Below are positions 15,787-29,401 of a stretch of DNA of 64,000 nucleotides, piece by piece (the stretch's first letter is position 1; every line of letters begins with the position of its first letter). Origin of the DNA: Eledone cirrhosa (Eukaryota); contig OZ024743.1 of NCBI GenBank assembly GCA_964016885.1, forward strand, positions 196,540,001 to 196,604,000, written 5' to 3'. Under the pieces are notes generated by a model. It did no database searches. It was not told the DNA's origin and saw nothing but the letters and a program-made list of their open reading frames with translations. The position numbers and the translations under genes were made by a program.

Positions 15787-18375
15787 GTTTCTTTTATTTG
15801 CCACCAGGGCATCAAAAGTGGAACAAGTACAATAGGGGGAGTTTACAAAACAAGGCGTCCTCAATAAGGAGGAGGCAATAACAAAATATAAAAATAAAAT
15901 AAAATATAACAGAATAAAATTTCTAATAGAGAGGGGGGCACACACCCCCGAAAAAAAGTGTGCAACCCTTTTCCACAGGAGCACAGAGAAGGGGTGCTCC
16001 CTTGGTCTTTCATCTTCCTCACCTATAGTCTGATGTAGAGTGAAGGCCCATTCACACGGACCATTCTCGCCACTTTCACACATCTTTCATAAAAACGGCT
16101 GGGGTGCAGCACCTCTCTCTCCATCCTGATCCTTCTTCCGAAATGATATCGGAAGAAACGGACCAGTTGTTGGCCAGAGAGAAAAGTGTCTGACCTCAGT
16201 CCTTTCAGACGCGTCCACCATACAACCTCTTTCGCCATGGCTATTACGCACAGAAATACAACCTCTCCTTCGTTTTTGAAGAGGGGAGGCGGCTTGATCG
16301 TTACAATAGACTTGGGGGTCAACCGGATCGGTCCCACCCTTGACAGCAGTTGTTTGAGATAGCCCCACAGATCGGCAATGCCCGAGCAGTGTACCAATGC
16401 ATGTGCAACGGTTTCCTCGTCGCACACGCATCTTGGACAGATCTTTTTCGAGGGGTCCCTACCAGGGCGCCCGTGTCTGTAGACCCTTTCTCGAACGGGC
16501 AGAGCCCTTCTGTTGCATTGCCAGGCCAGGGACCTCTGGAAGTTATCCATGGGTCCCGGGCTGAATGTCCTACCGAACAGGTTGGCCAGTTCGTCTTCCT
16601 CCATGCCTAGGGCTTCTCCAAGGGCGTCGTCGCACCTGCTAACCACCAGCCCTCTATAGAATGACGAGGTGGATTCTCCACCGACAGCCGGGTCCGCCTG
16701 CCAGAGAGCCGTGAGCGCCTGGGCACACTCGGTGTGCCAGGCGCCCAGTTTTTTTGGTCTTTGCTTGACCCAGGATTGCAGCTCGGTGAGTGAGACGAGT
16801 CTGGGAAAGGCTCGCCTCACAAACGGGGCCCACACCGGTTGACCGGAGAGGAATACCTGAAGGTGCCGTAGCTTTAATGCGTGTTTACGTATCATTAGCC
16901 ACGGCATCCCCAGCTCTCCTTTCAAAGGGTGTTGACAGCAGATGGATCTCCTCACCATAGGAGCCCGCTTCTTCCAAAGGAATTGGAAGAGTGCGCGCTC
17001 CATTTTGGCGAGCGTTTCCCTTGGGCAAGGCATAACGCTCAGGCGGTAGTAGATGACGGACGCTATATAAGTGTTCGCCACCTCCGCCCGACCTTTCAGG
17101 GACAGTTTGCACTCGGCCCACTTTTGGGTCAGTGCAAACACCCTGTTCGTTACCTCACCCTAGTTCTTCTCCACCTGGAGGTCTGGTCCGAACCAAACGC
17201 CGAGCAACTTCACCGGGCCCTCCGTCCAGCGCCCGACGACGCCATCGGAGGGCATCGATCTGCCCCTCCACGTGCCGAGTTACAGACCAATCGACTTGTC
17301 CCGGTTCAGCTTAGCTCCTGTAAACCTTTCGTACTCCTCCAGTAAGGTGCCGATCGCCCCGATTTCCGAGGCCGTCGACACCATTACTGTTACGTCATCG
17401 GCGTAGGCTGACACTGCTTTCCGCAATCCCGGTTCCAACAGGATGCCCTGCAACAACTCCAACTTCCGCAGCAGTGGCTCTAGAGTCATTACATACAGAA
17501 GGGAAGAGAGAGGGCACCCCTGTCGGATGGACCGCGCGATTTTGAACGGCTCCGAGAGGTAGCCGTTCACCTTGACCCTAGAGCAGATGCGGCTGCTGTG
17601 CATAGCAGTGATCGAGCCCTATCGAATGCTTTAGATTGATCCAAGTTGATCAGGGCCCCACCAAAGCCGGGTTCGTTCCCAACCCTCTCTATGATGTATC
17701 GCATGAGGTGGAGGTTGTCGTGGATGGACCTGGACGGGATAGCACATGTCTGCGCATCTCCCACCAGGTTGCCCACGATAAGCGCCAACCTCTTTGCTAG
17801 CACCTTGGCCAAAATCTGTATTTAGCAGAGTTATGGGCCTGAAATTATTTATATCGTCCCCATTGTTCTCGTCCTTCCTCACTAGCGTGACTACGCCCTT
17901 GGTCACAGCACAGGAAATTCTCCCGTTCTGTTGCCAGTTGCAGTAGACCGCCTCGAGAAGATCGGGGAACAAGTCTGGCAGGGCTAGATATAGTTCGTAT
18001 GGAAGACCATCGAGACCCGGGGATTTGCATTTGCCGCATTGGCTCAGCACGTCCTCTATCTCAGCGGCTGAAATCGGCTCCTTGCAAGACTTCGCCTCCC
18101 TGTCCGAGAGACGCGGCAGGCCGTCGATGTATGGACCGAAATCCACATCCCCAACCGGCCCCCCGCCCCTTCCGAACAATCCGGCAAAGTGCATTTGAAA
18201 AGCCTCGCACATCTGCTTAGGTTCAAGGATCACCCGTCCATCCTGGTCTCGCAAATACCTGATAGCGGATCTGCTCCCTCTTTTGGCTTCTGTCACGCGG
18301 GCCCAGCTCACAGCTTTGGTCCCCTCGTTTCCCAGAGCACGTATTTTGCTTCGGCTGATGCAGCCTTCGTGTTTC
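15787..18375 (-). mobile_element. 5'-truncated, disabled Tx1/L1-clade retrotransposon, copy 2
   Basis: Same termini and shared disabling lesions as copy 1. By eye only ~3 differences: 2 substitutions and a 1-bp indel near 13130/17375. Confidence 0.93.
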
Positions 18376-21300
18376 ATATATAGAGAGAGATGGTAGAGAA
18401 TAGACAGATATATATAGAGAGAGAGATGGTGGAGAATAGACATATCTAGAGAGAGATGGTAGAGAATAGACATATATATAGAGAGATGGTAGAGAATAGA
18501 CAGATATAGAGAGAGAGAGAGAGATGGTAGAGAATAGACATATCTAGAGAGAGATGGTAGAGAGTAGACATATATATAAAGAGATGGTAGAGAATAGACA
18601 TATATATAGAGAGAGATGGTAGAGAATAGATATATATATAGAGAGATATGGTAGAGAATAGATAAAGAGAGAGATGGTAGAGAATAGACATATATAGAGA
18701 GAGAGATGGTAGAGAATAGATATATATAGAGAGAGATATGGTAGAGAATAGATAAAGAGAGAGATGGTAGAGAATAGACATATATATAGAGATGGTAGAG
18801 AATAGGTATATATATAGAGAGAGATGGTAGAGAATAGACATATATAGAGAGAGAGATGGTTGAGAATAGATATATATAGAGAGAGATGGTAGAGAATAGA
18901 CATATATAGAGAGAGATGGTTGAGAATAGATATATATATAGAGAGAGAGAGATGGTTGAGAATAGATATATATATAGAGAGAGAGAGATGGTAGAGAAGA
19001 GACATATAGAGAGAGAGAGATGGTAGAGAAGAGACATATATAGAGAAAGAGAGATGGTAGAGAATAGATATATATATATAGAGAGAGAGATGGTAGAGAA
19101 TAGATATATATAGAGAGAGATGGTAGAGAATAGATATATATAGAGAGAGATGGTAGAGAATAGACCTATATAGAGAGAGATGGTAGAGAATAGACATATC
19201 TAGAGAGAGATGGTAGAGAATAGACATATATAGAGAGAGATGGTAGAGAATAGACATATATAGAGAGAGATGGTAGAGAATAGACATATATAGAGAGAGA
19301 TGGTAGAGAATAGATATATATAGAGAGAGATGGTAGAGAATAGACATTTATAGAGAGAGATGGTAGAGAATAGACATATATAGAGAGAGAGAGATGGTAG
19401 AGAATAGATATATATATAGAGAGAGATGGTAGAGAATAGACATATATAGAGAGAGAGATGGTAGAGAATAGACATATATAGAGAGAGATGGTAGAGAATA
19501 GACATATATAGAGAGAGATGGTAGAGAATAGACATATATATATAGAGAGAGATGGTAGAGAATAGACATATATATATAGAGAGAGATGGTAGAGAATATA
19601 CATATATATATAGAGAGAGAGATGGTAGAGAATAGATATATATAGAGAGAGATGGTAGAGAATAGATATATATAGAGAGAGATAGTAGAGAATAGATATA
19701 TATAGAGAGATGGTAGATAATAGATATATATAGAGAGAGATGGTAGAGAATAGATATATATAGAGATGGTAGAGAATAGGTATATATATAGAGAGAGATG
19801 GTAGAGAATAGGTATATATAGAGAGAGAGATGGTAGAGAATAGACATATATATAGAGAGATATGGTAGAGAATAGATAAAGAGAGAGATGGTAGAGAATA
19901 GACATATATATAGAGAGAGAGATGGTAGAGAATAGATATATATAGAGATGGTAGAGAATAGGTATATATATAGAGAGAGATGGTAGAGAATAGACATATA
20001 TAGAGAGAGAGATGGTTGAGAATAGATATATATAGAGAGAGATGGTAGAGAATAGACATATATAGAGAGAGATGGTAGAGAATAGACATATATAGAGAGA
20101 GAGATGGTTGAGAATAGATATATATATAGAGAGAGAGAGATGGTAGAGAAGAGACATATAGAGAGAGAGAGATGGTAGAGAAGAGACATATATAGAGAAA
20201 GAGAGATGGTAGAGAATAGATATATATATAGAGAGAGAGATGGTAGAGAATAGATATATATAGAGAGAGATGGTAGAGAATAGATATATATAGAGAGAGA
20301 TGGTAGAGAATAGACCTATATAGAGAGAGATGGTAGAGAATAGACATATCTAGAGAGAGATGGTAGAGAATAGACATATATAGAGAGAGATGGTAGAGAA
20401 TAGACATATATAGAGAGAGATGGTAGAGAATAGATATATATAGAGAGAGATGGTAGAGAATAGACATATATAGAGAGAGATGGTAGAGAATAGACATTTA
20501 TAGAGAGAGATGGTAGAGAATAGACATATATAGAGAGAGAGAGATGGTAGAGAATAGATATATATATAGAGAGAGATGGTAGAGAATAGACATATATAGA
20601 GAGAGAGATGGTAGAGAATAGACATATATAGAGAGAGATGGTAGAGAATAGACATATATAGAGAGAGATGGTAGAGAATAGACATATATATATAGAGAGA
20701 GATGGTAGAGAATAGACATATATATATAGAGAGAGATGGTAGAGAATATACATATATATATAGAGAGAGAGATGGTAGAGAATAGATATATATAGAGAGA
20801 GATGGTAGAGAATAGATATATATAGAGAGAGATAGTAGAGAATAGATATATATAGAGAGATGGTAGATAATAGATATATATAGAGAGAGATGGTAGAGAA
20901 TAGATATATATAGAGATGGTAGAGAATAGGTATATATATAGAGAGAGATGGTAGAGAATAGGTATATATATAGAGAGAGATGGTAGAGAATAGACATATA
21001 TATAGAGAGAGATGGTAGAGAATAGATATATATAGAGAGATGGTAGAGAATAGACATATATAGAGAGAGATGGTAGAGAATAGATATATATATATATAGA
21101 GAGAGATGGTAGAGAATAGATATATATAGAGAGAGATGGTAGAGAATAGACATATATATATAGAGAGAGAGAGATGGTAGAGAATAGATATATAGAGAGA
21201 GAGATGGTAGAGAATAGATATATATATATAGAGAGAGAGATGGTAGAGAATAGATATATATAGAGAGAGATGGTAGAGAATAGATATATATATATATAGA

Positions 21301-22872
21301 GAGAGATGGTAGAGAATAGATATATAGAGTGAGAGATGGTAGAGAATAGATATATATATATAGAGAGAGATGGTAGAGAATAGACATATATAGAGAGAGA
21401 TGGTAGAGAATAGACATATATAGAGAGAGAGATGGTAGAGAATAGACATATATAGAGAGAGAGAGATGGTAGAGAATAGATATATAGAGAGAGAGAGGGT
21501 AGAGAATAGATATATATATAGAGAGAGAGATGGTAGAGAATAGATATATACAGAGAGAGATGGTAGAGAATAGATATATATAGAGAGAGATGGTAGAGAA
21601 TAGATATATATATATAGAGAGAGAGATGGTAGAGAATAGATATATATATAGAGAGAGATGGTAGAGAATAGATATATATATAGAGAGAGAGATGGTAGAG
21701 AATAGATATATATATATAGAGAGAGAGAGATGGTAGAGAATAGATATATACAGAGAGAGAGGGTAGAGAATAGATATATATATAGAGAGAGAGAGATGGT
21801 AGAGAATAGACATATATAGAGAGAGATGGTAGAGAATAGATATATATATAGAGAGAGAGATGGTAGAGAATAGATATATATATATAGAGAGAGATGGTAG
21901 AGAATAGATATATATATAGAGAGAGAGATGGTAGAGAATAGACATATATAGAGAGAGATGGTAGAGAATAGACATATATATAGAGAGATGGTAGAGAATA
22001 GACATATATATAGAGAGATGGTAGAGAATAGACATATATATAGAGAGAGAGATGGTAGAGAATAGATATATATAGAGAGAGATGGTAGAGAATAGATATA
22101 TATATATAGAGAGAGATGGTAGAGAATAGACATATATAGAGAGAGATGGTAGAGAATAGATATATATATAGAGAGAGATGGTAGAGAATAGATATATATA
22201 GAGAGAGAGATGGTAGAGAATAGACATATATAGAGAGAGATGGTAGAGAATAGACATATATAGAGAGAGAGGGTAGAGAATAGATATATATATATACAGA
22301 GAGGGTAGAGAATAGACATATATATATAGAGAGAGAGATGGTAGAGAATAGATATATATAGAGAGAGAGAGGGTAGAGAATAGACATATATAGAGAGAGA
22401 GGGTAGAGAATAGACATATATAGAGAGAGATGGTAGAGAATAGATATATATATATAGAGAGAGAGATGGTAGAGAATAGACATATATAGAGAGAGATGGT
22501 AGAGAATAGATATATATATAGAGAGAGATGGTAGAGAATAGATATATATAGAGAGAGAGATGGTAGAGAATAGATATATATATATACAGAGAGGGTAGAG
22601 AATAGACATATATAGAGAGAGAGGGTAGAGAATAGACATATATAGAGAGAGAGGGTAGAGAATAGACATATATAGAGAGAGAAGGTAGAGAATAGATATA
22701 TATAGAGAGAGATGGTAGAGAATAGATATATATAGAGAGAGAGGGTAGAGAATAGACATATATAGAGAGAGAGGGTAGAGAATAGACATATATAGAGAGA
22801 GAGGGTAGAGAATAGACATATATATAGAGAGATGGTAGAGAATAGATATAGAGAGAGATGGTAGAGAAAGAT
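18376..22872. repeat. Satellite block 3 (array end)
   Basis: Same unit; GAGGGTAGAG variants accumulate at the edge; abrupt end near 22872. Confidence 0.97.
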
Positions 22873-23490
22873 ATGTGTGTTAATGTGAATGAGTGTGTGC
22901 ATGCGTGTGAGTGTGCATGTGTATGTGTGTGAGTGTGCATGGGTGTGAGTGTGCATGTGTGTGTGAGTGTGCATGCGTGTGTGCATGTGTGTGAGTGTGA
23001 ATGGGTGTGAGTCTGTATGTGAGTGTGCATGTCTGAGTGTGATGTGTGTGTGTGTGCATATATGTGTGAGTGAGCATGTGTGTGAGTGCACATGGGTATG
23101 AGTGTGCATATGTGTGATTGGGCATATGTGCAAGTGAGCATGTGTGCGAGTGTACATATGTGTGAGTGTGTGCATGTGTATGTATGCGTGAGAGTGTGCA
23201 TATGTGTTAGTGTGTATTTGTGTGCGTGTGCATATGTGTGTGAGTGTGCATGTGTGTGTATGTTCATGTGTGTGAGTGCGCATATGTGAGTGTGCATGTG
23301 TGTGTATGTTCATGTGTGTGAGTGCGCATATGCGAGTGTGCATGTGTGTAAGTCTACATATATATGAGTGTTCATATATATGATTGTGCATGCATGTGAG
23401 TGAGCATGTGCATGAATGTGCGTGTAAGCATAAACGTTAGTGTACACACATGTGAATGTGGGCATGTGAGTGTTTGTGTGGTGAGTTGCA
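22873..23490. repeat. Degenerate (TG)-rich low-complexity repeat (TGTGTGAGTGTGCA-like)
   Basis: Seen directly; borders the satellite. Confidence 0.9.
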
Positions 23491-23926
23491 CATCTTGACA
23501 ATTAATTTTTAAATAAACATTTAACAAAACTTATTTACATTAAATTCATTTATTGAAATTAGACAAGTCACTGTTGTATTTTTTTTTACCTCTTTTCATG
23601 TATTTTTCAAAATTTTATAGCTCGGAGACATAATTTTCATGATTATTTAATAGAAATAATTGTATATCTTAAAACTATAAGGAAAATTTTATGTTTATAA
23701 CCAAAAATATATCTAATGTATTATATCAAAGTTAGATTGTATTAAAACAATTTTTAAATAGTTATGTCACTGTGAATCTGGAAACAAACTTCATCTATCA
23801 AAACATTAATCCAACATGGTAAACACTTTGTGGTGGATCAACCTGCTAAAAATAGCTGCCAAATATCCCTCATATTGCATTCGCCTATCTTAAAAAGGAA
23901 ATGATACTGGCCTACAGGTACTATAT

Positions 23927-24315
23927 CATCATCATCATCATCGTTTAACATCCACTTTCCAAGCTAACTTGTGTTGTACTGGTTTCCCATTTGAGGCAAG
24001 TTAGATCAGGTGACCATGTCTTGCTCATATAGAACTGTTTCTGGCTAGATTTCTACAGCTGGATGACCTTCCTAATGCCAACCACATTTACCGTGTGTGC
24101 TGAGTGCTTTTTGTGGTGACTCCTACATGACCACTTTACAGTGTGTGCTGGGTGCTTTTTGTCGTGACTCCTACATGACTACTTTACAGTGTGTGCTGGG
24201 TGCTTTTTGTGGTGACTCCTACATGACCACTTTATAGTGTGGGCTGCTGTTTTTTGTCGTGACTCCTACATGACCACTTTACAATGTGGGCTGGGTGCTT
24301 TTTGTCATGACACCT
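23927..24315 (-). mobile_element. (TGA)n-tailed SINE family copy with internal 48-bp minisatellite (~5 units)
   Basis: CATCATCATCGTTTAAC...GGATG(A/C)CCTTCCTAA motif shared with copies near 28232-28378(+), 29051-29300(-), 39495-39668(+), 49700-49934(+) and 53848-54110(-). 48-bp unit ACCACTTTACAGTGTGTGCTGGGTGCTTTTTGTCGTGACTCCTACATG. Confidence 0.75.
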
Positions 24316-24550
24316 ATTATATCTGGAAACAAAAAAGGTTGGATGCTCAAGGTTAAAATGCATTTGATAAGTCAGTTACAAAAGAGCTGAAATGTGACTA
24401 AACAACATTAATAAATAGGGAAGCTTCTTTGTGGTTACTTGACTTGTTGAAAACAGCAGCCAAATCTTTTGACTGCTTCATTCACAGTTATTACCCATGA
24501 TTATAAGTAAGGGTAGGCACAAACATCAAATTGAGGATAGCAATTTTGCT

Positions 24551-24830
24551 TTAACACCAATCTCCCTTCTGAATGGGCGATTTCTGAAGCCCGAGTATTA
24601 TTGCACCAGCTTTTGCAATTCTTATAACTAATTCAGCCTCATGCCTTCCATCACTTGTGAAAACAGCCCTGATATACTTGAACTTCTTTATCTGCTTCAG
24701 TGGAACTCCAGTTACATGCAGAATGCAATGCACAGGCTTTCATAACAGGATGAGTGTTTCAGTCTTTGCAGCACTAATTTTCATTCCTGCCATGCAGCAC
24801 TCATTAGCAAACCCATCCAAATCACAGTCC
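24551..24830 (-). mobile_element. Degenerate RTE-like LINE fragment (post-RT region)
   Basis: Translation KFKYIRAVFTSDGRHEAELVIRIAKAG resembles the FKYLGxxFTSDGxxxxExxxRIxKA motif of RTE-clade ORFs. Confidence 0.6.
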
Positions 24831-27226
24831 AGGTTTAACAAAATATCTACCAGCCAAATACTAGATAGAAGGGTAGTTTTAATAGGTTAAACCCTTCCCT
24901 CAAATTTAGGAGCCTTTACCTATGCTAGAGAAAACATTGTCAGAAAAAAGTAATTGCAGTATTTAATTTCAGCTCTTTACATTCTGAGTTGAAATCCTAC
25001 TGAAGTTAACTTTAAATTTCATGCTTCTGGTGTTGATAAAGATGGTGTTGCTGGCCATTGTTCATGGGAATCTTTTCGTGGTCCTGTCTCTGGGGTGCAG
25101 CCGAATACCACCGCGCCCTAGAGCCCATCACCCTCCTCATTCTTCTATAAGCCTAAAGCCCTTTCCATTCCCTTCCTTTTTCATAACCATAAAAGACACT
25201 TAAATTTTTTACAATAAATCTCAATCAAAAAATAAGTATCACTGAAGTTATTGATGTTTATATACTCATTGGTTCTTCTCTGAAAACTTTCTTGACATGT
25301 GTCTATGACATTGTCATTGTTATTGCTAACAGTAGATGGTAGATTCATTTGGTTTTTGGATTGAAATTATTTCAGTATAAAAGAATTACTAATCCAATAC
25401 TGAGAGTCAATACTTCCATCACTCCTCTCTCTCACTCTTTCTCTCTGAAAGACAGCTGTTTTCTGACCTGGTGTGGAACAGACTCCACCAGGCTTAAAAT
25501 TCCCAAAACATATAGATGGTTGAATTAGTAGGGCACTGGAGAAAATGCTTTACAGTATATAGTTATAGATTTTTAGATTCTGAGTTCAAATCTTGCTGAG
25601 GTTAACTTTGCATTTTATGCTTCTGAGTCACCAGTCAATTGCAGGGTCACCACCCCAATTCAAGTGTACTGAAGTATCATGAAATGAAGGGTCATTCTCA
25701 AGGACACAACATGCCACCTGGTTAAGGAATTGAACTCATGACTTTATAATCATGATCCCAACACCCTAACCACAAGGCTATGAGCAGTCACCATTAGTAT
25801 ATACTTAGCAAAATGGCAGAAGCAATAGAGCAGCAAACAAAATACTTTGCAATATTCATCCCAGCTTCTTGTGTACCAAGTTCAAATCACTTTATTTATC
25901 ATCTCTTGAAGGATGGAAGTAAAGTTCAAGTTCAGAATGGTGGATGGCTGAAGTTCTTAGAGTGTAGGATAGGATGTCATGCAGTGTTTGTTCTAGCTCT
26001 TTATATGTTGAGTTCAAATTCCACTGTGGTCAAATTGGGTGGTCTACATAATCAGTCACCTACTTTAGCAAAACCACCTGAGGTGTGGATGCCTTTAGTG
26101 GAGTCCATTCTGATGCAAGCATGTGCACCAGATCTCCAGTTTGAGGGTACCTTTCTCTCTCCCTTCCACCACTGTCTGAGGACTCTTAAATGGATCATGG
26201 GCACTGAAAACCCTTCTGATTAAGCAATAACATATGAAAATTAAATTAGTATGACCATTGGGTAGGGGCTTCAGACCCAAATGACATGCATTCTTTAACA
26301 TTCTTCTTTTTTTACATATCTGTTACTGGTGCCAGGACAAAGTTCCTCCTCCAGTTCCTCCTGTCCAGTATTGTTATGAGAACTTTCCTTTCCTCCATCT
26401 TGGTGTCATCTTCAGGGACACCCTTCTGTGTGATATTTGGTCTCCCAATTCATTTGCATATATCTGGTTTCCAGAGAAGAACCTTGCCAGAAGGTTCATT
26501 GTGATGTTTCATATGCCAAGCTAATGTGAACCTCTGTCACCTTATGATGCCAGAAAGGCAAGGATGTGATTGTTGTGAAGATGATAACTCCCATAACACT
26601 GAGTCCTCACGTGGCAGATTGGGAAACAACCTTCAGATATGAAGGTTAGCTGCAAATATATTGAATACGCTGTCCTAGATCAAATCCTGGGTTACCCTTT
26701 GGCAACACATAATATCTGGAAGCCACCCATGTAGGGTTGCACAAAGAACCATTTAGGAAGCAGGAATGGTGATTGGGCTGCAAAGTGAACACTGATAAAA
26801 GGTTGTCTTAGTTTTCAGTGCTTTTTCACCTAGCAGAGGAACCAATCATCAGGTCAATGGAAGGGGAACACTTCCTCCACTAGTGTGGCACTGCATCTGT
26901 GAGAGTACTGGCAGATTATCACACTATTTCTGCTAAGTGAAAACATGATTGGTACTAATCTTTAACATAGCTTTGAAATACATTTTACATTTATCTTCAT
27001 TGCCTAATGTAGGATTCAAAATTTTTCTTTATGTGAAGCTGAAGTGCTTACAAACACAAAATATCATAAATTCTCAAGTTGAGTTCTGTACAGAAATTTT
27101 AAACTTAAAACATCAAATTATAGAAAAAAAAAAAAAAAAAAAAGCCTACTTATACTAATTTGAAAGGGCATTTCCTTTATTTTATATATATATATACAAA
27201 CGTGTGCACACACACACACACACACA

Positions 27227-27262
<36 letters not shown>

Positions 27263-27288
27263 TCTCATTTTATCATTACCACCAAAAG

Positions 27289-27373
27289 GGTCTGACGAGC
27301 CATGGATTACAGAGTCAGGCTAGATCGATACAGATCGAAACTTGAGCTGACCGGTGGCGAAATGCGCATCACC
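27289..27373 (+). ncRNA. Type I hammerhead ribozyme motif with canonical core, in a (TA)n-flanked island
   Basis: Stem I GGU/ACC; CUGACGA 27292-27298; stem II GCCA...UGGC with ~50-nt structured insert; GAAA-U-GCGC-A-UC (palindromic loop III). Predicted cut after C27370; AATAAA at 27378. Confidence 0.75.
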
Positions 27374-27531
27374 AACCAATAAACGTAATGAAGGAGTAAC
27401 CAAACGTCCTTGTTTTATTTTATTATACTACACTCGGTCTAGCTCTACACCTCGATACAGAAGTGAACCTAAACATTGAGTGCTCACCCGGGTGAACCTA
27501 CAGTTCTTTCACGTTACACTCCCTGCATATA

Positions 27532-27567
<36 letters not shown>

Positions 27568-27574
27568 TGCATAT

Positions 27575-27607
<33 letters not shown>

Positions 27608-28096
27608 TATATATGTGTGTGTGTATTTGTTGAAGGTTATAAAGATTCTAATTAAAAACCAATCAAGGGAAATTAATAGTAGGTAAAACTGTCACATTTA
27701 AAGTTTGCCAATATATATTTTTTATTTTTCTTTCATAGAAAAATGTTCTATGGCAAGACTAATCATATTCACATATTTCACTGAATTTCTCAAGATTTAA
27801 CATGAATAAAAAGTCTTTTAATTTGCATCGCCACAATACCTACTGTCACAAGGTGTACCACCTTAATTATATGATTGATTACAAAAACTAAAATAAAAAA
27901 CATTAATTAATAATTTTTAGGTATTTAATGCAGGTAATAAAAACAACAAATGTAATATAGAGAAAGAGAGAGACAAAGAGAAGAAACAAAAAAAAAAGCA
28001 ATTATATATATATAAATATATCAGAATGGAAGCAGTAAAATCCATTAGACCATTACTTACTAGAGTACTTGATATTTGGGGTAGTTGAGTGGGTTA

Positions 28097-28231
28097 TATG
28101 AAAAATTCAGAACCCTACAGCTGAGCTACCATTTCAACAGCTAGATCTGAACTCAGTGCCCCACAGGTAGAGTTCGGATCTAGCTGTTGAAACGGCAGGA
28201 GCTCAGTTGCCACGGTCCCAAATTTTTCATA
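28097..28231. repeat. Imperfect fold-back element, homologous to the island at 54205-54370
   Basis: Arms TTTCAACAGCTAGATCTGAACTC / GAGTTCGGATCTAGCTGTTGAAA. Reverse complement of 28040-28135 aligns by eye with 54248-54345. Confidence 0.75.
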
Positions 28232-28517
28232 GGTGTTAGGAAGGGCATCCAGCCGTAGAAAACCTGCCAGATAGTCCTATACGAGTGAGACACGGTCACC
28301 CGACCAATCTTGCCTCAAGTGGGACAACTCCCGTCTAACCCATGCTAGCGTGGAAGATAGATGTTAAACAATGATGATATACATATATATATATATGTAT
28401 GTATTTGTAGTAAGGTTGCTTAGATGTATGTATATATGTATGAGTCCCTGTTTCAATCGGAACTAACCATAGTATGTAAGGTACTCAAGGTACTCAATAT
28501 ATTAGTAGAATGAAAAC

Positions 28518-28639
28518 AACAAATTCAGTATAGAAATGGCTTCTACAGGATTAGAACTATTTCATTCAAATTAAATCTGATGCTTTCCTTCAAATGAAAC
28601 AGTTCTAGTCCTGTAGAAGCCATTTCTATATTAAATTTG

Positions 28640-28641
<2 letters not shown>
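28518..28641. repeat. Fold-back element, 49-bp arms, hammerhead 3' half (GAAAC-AG..CU-GUA)
   Basis: Arms 28518-28566 and 28593-28641 with ~4 mismatches; abuts (TA)n. Confidence 0.8.
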
Positions 28642-28695
<54 letters not shown>

Positions 28696-28710
28696 GAATT
28701 GGTGCTCTGA

Positions 28711-28742
<32 letters not shown>

Positions 28743-29401
28743 CATTACATCCTTAGATTTCCATTGATATTTCAGTTAAAGGCAGCAAAACAACAGATGT
28801 ATGGTATATAGGACACTGGTTGCTTCAAGTCAGGAAATTGTGAATACTTTAACGTTTTCATGTGTTAATCTGTTGATACAATTATTACAGTTTTCATAGC
28901 TTAGGCTACTGGCTGGGAATGTTGTATTACAATTAATGTTATGCAAGTGCTCCAAAGGAATTTGTTGAGCAAATTGTAAATGAGATTGAAATCACTGGAT
29001 ATCGATCCAAATACTTATATATCCATATATATATATATATATATATATATCATCATCATCATCAACGTTTAACGTCCGTGTTCCACGCTTGCATGGGTTT
29101 GGACGGGGGTAGTCCCACTTGAGGCAAGAGTGATTGTCTTGCTCGCATAGGACTGTCTGGCAGGTTTTCTACAGTTGGATGCCCTTCCTAACACCAACCA
29201 CATTTACAGTGTGGGTCTGGGAGGTTTTTACCGTGTTGCCTACACGGCCACATTACAGCGTGGACTGTGTGTTTTTTTTGTCGTGACACCTACACGATCT
29301 CATTTGTTTCGGCCTCGATGGCGCGGCACCAACATAACTTTACATAGAACGGGGTGGTGTGGATGGGGTGGGGGTGGTGGTGGTGGTGGTGGGATATATA
29401 T

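Noticed and set aside
20316-23501. His/Thr-rich ORF starts (MHTHICALTH...)
   Set aside because: Translation of the (CA)-rich repeat at 22873-23490.
26790-26860. CUGAUGA...GAAA on the - strand
   Set aside because: Stems I-III cannot be formed adjacent to the core.
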